Positions 48,098 to 53,787 of a stretch of DNA of 53,787 bases are shown here, piece after piece; position 1 is the stretch's first letter, and every line of letters begins with the position of its first letter. The DNA is taken from IMG/VR virus record IMGVR_UViG_3300042465_006905, positions 1 through 53,787 of that record. One strand, written 5' to 3'. Source of the DNA: a virus (taxonomy: Duplodnaviria > Caudoviricetes). The notes under the pieces were generated by a model. It was not told the origin of the DNA and made no database searches. It saw only the letters and a list, made by a program, of their open reading frames with translations. The position numbers and the translations under genes are program-made.

Positions 48098-48940
48098 ATG
48101 AAACAAGCACAACGAATACTAATTATGGGCCTGCCGGGAGCAGGTAAAACTTATTTTGCAGAGCGACTAAAAACGTACATTGAAGGGCACATAACCGCCA
48201 TCGACGAGAACTCGTTAACACCCATATCGGATGCTCGAATTACAGTGGCATGGCTAAATGCCGATGAGGTGCGTAGACATTACAATGATTGGGACTTCAG
48301 TCAAGAAGGCCGCATACGCCAAAGTCAGCGTATGCGTGACCTAGCAGATGAAGCCAATACAGATTACTGTATTGTGGACTTTGTTGCACCCCTGGTTGAA
48401 ATGCGTAACAACTTCAAAGCAGATTGGACCATCTGGATTGACACAATTGAAAAAGGTCGTTTTGAAGATACTAATAAAATGTTTGTACCACCTGAGGTAT
48501 ACGACTTCCGGATCACCGAGCAAGCGGCAGAGAAGTGGGTGGAGTTTGTGGGCGAGCATATCATTGAGAACAGACGCAGACCTGTATTCAATTGGCAAAC
48601 AGAAACAGTACAAATGTTGGGTCGCTGGCAACCATGGCATGCTGGACACCGTGCGCTGTTTGATCGTGCCATTGCCAAAACTGGACAAGTGGTTATACAA
48701 ATACGCGACTGTCAGGGATGGCAAGGAACCAATCCCTTTGCCATTGAGCAAGTTAAATACTTTATACGCAGAGATTTAGATGCTCTGTACCAAGGCCAAT
48801 ATGAAATACAAGTGGTTCCTAATATTGTTAATATTACTTACGGTCGCGATGTGGGCTATAGAATTGAACAAGAGTCCTTTGATGAATCGATTACCGATAT
48901 CTCAGCGACCAAGATAAGACGGAGTATGGGTCTTGAATAA
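48098..48940 (+). CDS. cysC: adenylylsulfate (APS) kinase-like domain fused to an HxGH nucleotidyltransferase domain
   Basis: GLPGAGKT Walker A, LNADEVR, DFS.EGR, FVAP (CysC-like); C-terminal half MLGRWQPWHAGH...ISATKIR (HIGH/KMSKS-type). ATG 48098 is preferred over GTG 48089. Confidence 0.75.
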   Translation: MKQAQRILIMGLPGAGKTYFAERLKTYIEGHITAIDENSLTPISDARITVAWLNADEVRRHYNDWDFSQEGRIRQSQRMRDLADEANTDYCIVDFVAPLVEMRNNFKADWTIWIDTIEKGRFEDTNKMFVPPEVYDFRITEQAAEKWVEFVGEHIIENRRRPVFNWQTETVQMLGRWQPWHAGHRALFDRAIAKTGQVVIQIRDCQGWQGTNPFAIEQVKYFIRRDLDALYQGQYEIQVVPNIVNITYGRDVGYRIEQESFDESITDISATKIRRSMGLE

Positions 48941-49157
48941 GTATCACATTAGATTCAATACCAAACATAATGGATCAGATCTAGTTTGGCGCATATTTGA
49001 AAACGGTGTGGAACATCTGGCAAAGGATGTTAGACTAGTTGGCGAAACATTCACTGAATGTACACATGAGCATGGCGAGACCAAATGGAACATTGCCTGC
49101 TATGGCAGACTGGTGTGGGAAGACACCGTAGCAGTAATTGTCACAGACAAAGATTAA
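48933..49157 (+). CDS. hypothetical protein (74 aa)
   Basis: TTG start with GGAG upstream, overlapping the previous stop; its stop shares TTAA with the convergent gene. Confidence 0.65.
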   Translation: MNKYHIRFNTKHNGSDLVWRIFENGVEHLAKDVRLVGETFTECTHEHGETKWNIACYGRLVWEDTVAVIVTDKD

Positions 49158-50338
49158 GTCTGTGACACAACAGATTGGTAACGATCTGCTCTCGGGATAT
49201 TATATTGTTGTAATACCGGAGCAGACTCTACAGCCTCTTTTAAATTAGTTGTTAGTTCTTGCCAGGCCAGGTTCACAAACTCTGGACTATTGAACAGTTT
49301 GAAATTGTGTTCTAGTACTGGCTCCATTTCGTGCAACATGGCAGTTAATTGACCCAATGTCAAACTAGATATGTATTCAACAATGTTGGCTACCGCTTGT
49401 AATCGTTGCACTGGATCTTCAATATGATCGTAACTTTCATCCCACCATTGGTCAAATGTTTGAAATCCATAGCTCTTAAAGTATTCTAAATTATGAGCAC
49501 AGCCCACTAGTACAAACGGTTGTTTAAGTATAACAGGTTTAAAGGTCTTTTCAGTTAAGTGACACTTTCTTTCCCAATAACAAGTTTCTGTGATAACATG
49601 TAGAAATGTTTCCATGCATTGATCTACTGCACTCAATACCATGCTGTTGTTGGGGATGGCATCTTTTTCTGGATAGTCTATACGCAACGGGTGTGCCAAA
49701 TGATCCAGCTGTTGTTTGATTTGATCTATGTATGTAGGGTCTATGTTGTATTCAGTAACAGCATAATCTAAGGCGGTGCTGTAGTGCCCATGTTCGGGAC
49801 ACTGATCACTGTAACTAACATAACCACTGCCAATAAGATTTCGTTTGGCCAACTCTCCTACAAATAAACTTCTATAAACTCTGGCGTTGCCTGTTAATCT
49901 GTTAAATGTAATATACTTTTTTCTAATAGTTCGTTTTGTTACTGGCAATATTGTTGAATCAAATTGATAACCGCGGAACCAATCATGCGCGGCAAATATA
50001 TGAAAGAATCCATAACAAGGTATAAAGTCGTATTTTTCAACAAAGTAATCTAGTGCGTCACTGTTGCGTTCTGTGGTAACTAATATTACAGGCCTCATGA
50101 GATTCCTGGCTTTTCGAAACACACAGCCAAATAGCAAATCGTTGTAGCCTTGGTACAACGGTTCCTGATCGTAACATAACACAATAGGATCTCGATCAAG
50201 ACTTTCGTCTGTGTCTAGTACTTCTATGTTTTCGAGCGAACTGGCACCAAATGGATATAGATATTCTAACCGGGGTTGTGTTATAATAGTTTTTAAAAAA
50301 CTAAAAAGATTAAAATAATGACTGTGGATATTGTACAT
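49154..50338 (-). CDS. GT10/fucosyltransferase-like (GT-B) protein, paralogue of 38059
   Basis: The listed protein MYNIHSHY... reads only from the reverse complement (CAT at 50336-50338, TTA at 49154-49156), so the track's '+' label is wrong. Motifs: TFNR...R.YR, LHVITET...HLTEKTFKPVILKQPFV...GFQTFDQWWDESYD. Confidence 0.7.
   Translation of the reverse strand: MYNIHSHYFNLFSFLKTIITQPRLEYLYPFGASSLENIEVLDTDESLDRDPIVLCYDQEPLYQGYNDLLFGCVFRKARNLMRPVILVTTERNSDALDYFVEKYDFIPCYGFFHIFAAHDWFRGYQFDSTILPVTKRTIRKKYITFNRLTGNARVYRSLFVGELAKRNLIGSGYVSYSDQCPEHGHYSTALDYAVTEYNIDPTYIDQIKQQLDHLAHPLRIDYPEKDAIPNNSMVLSAVDQCMETFLHVITETCYWERKCHLTEKTFKPVILKQPFVLVGCAHNLEYFKSYGFQTFDQWWDESYDHIEDPVQRLQAVANIVEYISSLTLGQLTAMLHEMEPVLEHNFKLFNSPEFVNLAWQELTTNLKEAVESAPVLQQYNIPRADRYQSVVSQT
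50279..50287 (+). promoter_or_regulatory. possible extended -10 promoter (TGtTATAAT) for 50337
   Basis: Perfect TGnTATAAT 50 nt upstream of ATG 50337, inside the divergent gene; no clear -35. Confidence 0.35.
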
Positions 50339-52595
50339 GTTTGATGTGTTTTACTCGGGACCAAAACCCAATCGGTTTGCGTTTGAGCGTCCTGCTGACT
50401 CTCTTGAACATGCGGCTAGTCTAAGCCGAACTGGATACTATTGGTATATTTATGGTGGCAATGATTACACCGACTTTGATTTCTCATTTGAGCCTGCTCC
50501 GTGGGAAAGTGATCAGGTACATGTGTTTCCCAGCCAATGGCAACCGGATGGCGGAGTGTATCTAGCAAATAAAGATACTGTGCATACCAAGCAATGGCAT
50601 TTTAGAACTGAACAGACAGTAACTAGAAAGCCACCAAATAATTTGTTAGACCATTGGCATATACCAGAGGAAGTTAATCGAGATGTTGTGGACTTTAGTT
50701 GGCATCCAAATCCCCTGGATCCACCTTACATATATCATTTTGGGTCAGACTATCAAGTCAGTGTTGGCCTAACATACACTGTCGACAATGCTACAGAAAT
50801 TAAATTTGCAGGACCTGTGCCTGGCACAGACAACCCATTAGAAGTCTTAGATATATTTTTTATTGATCGCTGTAACCCGTTATCACAACCACGGTATGAC
50901 AGACTGGCCGAACGCCATACTGTTACCAAAGTGAGATATGCCAACAGCATAATGGATACAGTACGCAGATGTATCACACGGGCTAAAACAAACAAATTTT
51001 GGATTATCAGCAGTGAATATGATTACAGCAACTTTGACTTTGCTTGGCATGCTGAGCCTTGGCAAAACTTTATGACACATGTATTTCCTAGTCAACATAA
51101 CCGATGGAGTGACACATTCTTAATTAACCGTTGGGAGTTTGAGCGACACAGTGAATGGGCCAATGGTCTAGAAGAGTTTCCTAATTTGAATTTTGTAACT
51201 AATCAGAGGGTGACTAAAACAGAAAACCTGCACAACATCTATTATGTAGATCATACCAACCCTGAAAGTCAAATTCAGTACAAGTTATTAAAGAAATTTG
51301 AACCAGATATTATTCTAACTCGCTTTGCTAACAGTTACCTTGATACAATGAAGCGTATTATGAGTATAGCAGACACTGAATATGTTTGGATAATAAACAG
51401 TGTTTGCAATTATGACTTCTTTGATTTTACTTGGCAACCAGAACCGTGGCAACGAGAAATGATACACTGTTTTGCCAACAGTAATGGACTTTGTGATTGT
51501 CCGCGTGGTGATACATTTTACATTCATGTTGAATCGTTTCGGAAACAAATGGTTGAGCTTGAGTTACTAGATTGGTTCAATGTAATCAACTATAATAATT
51601 TTCCTTCTGTACAACGCTGGCCCACTCCTGTAGTATATTATGAAACAGATAATTTAATAGAAGCTGTACAAAAACATAAATTTGAGACTCCGTATGCGTT
51701 GTTTACCAATCAAAAGGATATTTTGGATCCGTTGGGAAGTAGCACTTGTCTGTGGAGTGATAAAGACCGTGTAACAATAACATTTACACGCAGTCGAGCT
51801 ACTGCATTGGTACCCAGGGAAATAAAACGCTATTTAAAGACGCAAATCTACGATTATCCTTACCTGGAGAAGGAGAATTCACAGGATTTCTTTGCCGAGA
51901 AGCCGTTAGATATTGTGTACATCAGCAACGGCGAACCCGATGAACAACGTTATTACAACAACTTGGAAGATGATGTTTATGGTAATCCTTTAAGAGATCC
52001 TAGACATCGTATCAAATGGGTGCGTGGTGTTGATGGGCGAGTTGCCGCATATCAAGAGGCCGCTAGACAAAGCTCAACCGACTGGTTCTTTGCTGTGTTT
52101 GCAAAACTGGAAGTAGACTGTGTTGATTGGGCCTGGCAACCCGACTATTGGCAACAGCCCAAACACTATATCTTCAATGCCCGCAATCCTGTTAACGGAT
52201 TAGAGTATGGACACATGGGCATGATTGCTTATAATAAGCGGTTAGTGTTGGCAAACAATGCGCCTGGCATTGACTTTACCTTGAGTCAGCCACATGAAAG
52301 TGTACCCATACTGAGTGGAACAGCACATTTTAATCAAGATGCTTGGACCACTTGGCGCACAGCATTTAGGGAAGTGCTGAAATTGCGATTGTTTATGGAG
52401 ACACAACCCACTGTAGAAACCGAGCACAGGCTCGCAACTTGGCTATCAACAGCCCAAGGTAATTACAGCAATTATTGCTTGGCAGGTGCTAGAGATGCTG
52501 TAGAATACTACGAATCTGTTGCGGGAGACGCTGATAAACTGCAACTCAGCTTTGATTGGCGGTGGCTCCGGGATAAGTATGACGCTAAATACTAA
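50337..52595 (+). CDS. multi-repeat glycosyltransferase-like protein (degenerate GT-A repeats)
   Basis: Repeated D[VI]F[YF]...[YF]W.I....DY..FDF.W.PEPW....HVF units, plus a C-terminal domain homologous to 34440 (LDIVYISNGE, VRGVDGRVAAY, NPVNGLEYGH, WRTAFRE). ATG 50337 is preferred over TTG 50331. Confidence 0.6.
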   Translation: MFDVFYSGPKPNRFAFERPADSLEHAASLSRTGYYWYIYGGNDYTDFDFSFEPAPWESDQVHVFPSQWQPDGGVYLANKDTVHTKQWHFRTEQTVTRKPPNNLLDHWHIPEEVNRDVVDFSWHPNPLDPPYIYHFGSDYQVSVGLTYTVDNATEIKFAGPVPGTDNPLEVLDIFFIDRCNPLSQPRYDRLAERHTVTKVRYANSIMDTVRRCITRAKTNKFWIISSEYDYSNFDFAWHAEPWQNFMTHVFPSQHNRWSDTFLINRWEFERHSEWANGLEEFPNLNFVTNQRVTKTENLHNIYYVDHTNPESQIQYKLLKKFEPDIILTRFANSYLDTMKRIMSIADTEYVWIINSVCNYDFFDFTWQPEPWQREMIHCFANSNGLCDCPRGDTFYIHVESFRKQMVELELLDWFNVINYNNFPSVQRWPTPVVYYETDNLIEAVQKHKFETPYALFTNQKDILDPLGSSTCLWSDKDRVTITFTRSRATALVPREIKRYLKTQIYDYPYLEKENSQDFFAEKPLDIVYISNGEPDEQRYYNNLEDDVYGNPLRDPRHRIKWVRGVDGRVAAYQEAARQSSTDWFFAVFAKLEVDCVDWAWQPDYWQQPKHYIFNARNPVNGLEYGHMGMIAYNKRLVLANNAPGIDFTLSQPHESVPILSGTAHFNQDAWTTWRTAFREVLKLRLFMETQPTVETEHRLATWLSTAQGNYSNYCLAGARDAVEYYESVAGDADKLQLSFDWRWLRDKYDAKY
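52586..52591 (+). promoter_or_regulatory. T4-type late promoter-like TAAATA
   Basis: TAAATA 4 nt before ATG 52596, the same spacing as at 7217 and 25457. Confidence 0.5.
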
Positions 52596-53787
52596 ATGCG
52601 TATTGATGATGTTATCACTGAATCCATTAACCCGGATATTTTAAATCCCGATTTTCAGCACCGCCAGAAAATTGATGGCTTTGTCTACACCGCTGAATCT
52701 AAAGTTTATTTTAACAAACTAGATACATTAAAAATACGGTGCTACAATCACAAAAACGAAGAAATTGCCAGTGTGTTGTTTGAAGTAAAACAGGGCAAGT
52801 GGCTTCAAGCAGTTCAAGTTGTTGTAGAACCTGAATATCGTGGTGAAGGTCTTGCCAACACCATGTATGCGTATGCTAAAATGTTGGGCAACACAATTAA
52901 ACCCAGTGGTACACAAACAGACCAAGGCAAGGCCATGTGGGCAAAATGGGGCGCCGACGCTAGACATTTGACGCACGAAGACAATAAAATTGTTAGAGAA
53001 ACAGAGCTGTCTGAAGCCTTTGATCAACCCAGAGGTATTGACTGGGAACAAAGTGAAGAAAGTGAAGCAGTTGACGCCATTGCTCGACTGTCGGACGGCA
53101 CCCCACTCACTGTGATGTTTGAGCCCGAGGCCTGGACAAATGACTCACCCACAGACTGGTCAGTCAGCTTCTGGAGAGGTCACAGTCAAGAGGTCACAGG
53201 TGCGGGCAATGCACAAGAAGTGTTTGCCACAGTACTGTCGGCCATTAGACAATTTGTTCACTCACACCAACCCGAATCAATCGAATTCTCAGCCAGCAAA
53301 GATCCCCAAGTGGACATGGCGCCATACGGTACCAATGTAAATCCTGAAAGTCGTGCCAAACTGTATGATAGAATGGTCAATCGTTATGCCAGTGCTATGG
53401 GTTACCAGGTTCAGCAACAACAAGGCAACAACAAGGTTACATACACATTAAGACAAGTTAAAAAAAGTGTAACAGAAGACCAAGACTACATGGCCGGACA
53501 TTGTCATGTGATGGCCATTGCACTGAAGATGTTGCACCCTGCGTGGCAGATCCGTGCTCATGTGGGCTGGGAAGATGATGAAGCTGAAGATGATGAATAT
53601 CGGGTGGATCATGTGTACATAGTTGCTCCTGATGGGTCAGCATATGACTGCCGCGGTCAATTTGACAGTGAAGAGGCCCTGGTAGGCGAAGATGTCACAG
53701 GCGGGTTTGAAACTCAGTATGCGGACTTTGATCTAGTAGATATTGAACAGTTGGTACAACGCGGTGAGTTAAAACGATTCACCCGAG
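52596..53787 (+). CDS. 3'-truncated multi-domain protein: GNAT acetyltransferase, unknown domain, Cys-His-Asp domain (not in ORF track)
   Basis: Hand translation is open from MRIDDVITES to the window end. Contains VEPEYRGEGLA (GNAT motif A) and Q.DQGKAMW, then VTGAGNAQEVFATV...SRAKLYDRM, then GHCHVMAIAL...DHVY...YDCRG. Confidence 0.75.
   Translation, partial: MRIDDVITESINPDILNPDFQHRQKIDGFVYTAESKVYFNKLDTLKIRCYNHKNEEIASVLFEVKQGKWLQAVQVVVEPEYRGEGLANTMYAYAKMLGNTIKPSGTQTDQGKAMWAKWGADARHLTHEDNKIVRETELSEAFDQPRGIDWEQSEESEAVDAIARLSDGTPLTVMFEPEAWTNDSPTDWSVSFWRGHSQEVTGAGNAQEVFATVLSAIRQFVHSHQPESIEFSASKDPQVDMAPYGTNVNPESRAKLYDRMVNRYASAMGYQVQQQQGNNKVTYTLRQVKKSVTEDQDYMAGHCHVMAIALKMLHPAWQIRAHVGWEDDEAEDDEYRVDHVYIVAPDGSAYDCRGQFDSEEALVGEDVTGGFETQYADFDLVDIEQLVQRGELKRFTR

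Noticed and set aside
49154-50338. ORF track strand label '+' for the 394-aa ORF
   Set aside because: The + strand at 49154 begins TTAAGT; the listed protein matches only the reverse complement starting at 50338.
32272-52595. Cluster interpreted as queuosine/7-deazaguanine or other DNA hypermodification, or as cofactor (MoaA/PqqE/NrdG) biosynthesis
   Set aside because: No FolE/QueD/QueC/DpdA, base hydroxymethylase or cofactor-pathway partner is recognisable in the window; the partner genes are GT/acyl/carbamoyl types. DNA as the acceptor is disfavoured but not excluded.
52728-53643. Track ORFs 52728..53051 (-), 53119..53340 (+) and 53458..53643 (-)
   Set aside because: All overlap the long open frame from 52596, which has recognisable domains and was omitted apparently because it has no stop within the window.
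1-53787. Stop-codon reassignment, tRNA/rRNA genes, introns/inteins, integrase or transposase
   Set aside because: Genes tile the window under the standard code, with TAA, TGA and TAG all used as stops. The gaps are too short for such RNAs, and no such motifs were seen by eye; a covariance-model search was not run.

Overview
This window looks like part of a large T4-like (jumbo myovirus-type) phage genome, densely coding and almost all on the + strand. 1-32199 is a virion baseplate/tail module: gp53-like, hub, gp5-like spike with cell-wall hydrolase domains, gp25-like, gp6-like, a 4447-aa giant structural protein, four modular tail-fibre-like proteins and a Gly-rich adhesin-like protein. T4-type late-promoter-like (A)TAAATA motifs precede several of these genes. 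After a C(UUCG)G hairpin and a sigma70-like promoter at about 32.2 kb comes a ~20 kb cluster of tightly overlapping biosynthetic genes: five radical SAM genes (six CxxxCxxC cores, five preceded by an N-terminal twitch-like Cys module), six glycosyltransferase-like genes in three paralogous pairs, two SGNH-like proteins, a NodU/CmcH-type carbamoyltransferase and an APS-kinase/nucleotidyltransferase fusion. The best candidate for an undescribed system is this cluster acting as a phage-encoded glycan-building and tailoring pathway, possibly decorating the adjacent Asn-motif-rich fibres. The window ends in an unlisted, open-ended multi-domain ORF (GNAT domain, unknown domain, Cys-His-Asp domain) punctuated by prohead-protease-like sites. 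The ORF track gives the wrong strand for 49154..50338 (it is on the - strand) and omits four short ORFs and the terminal ORF. Family assignments are from motif recognition only; no searches were run.
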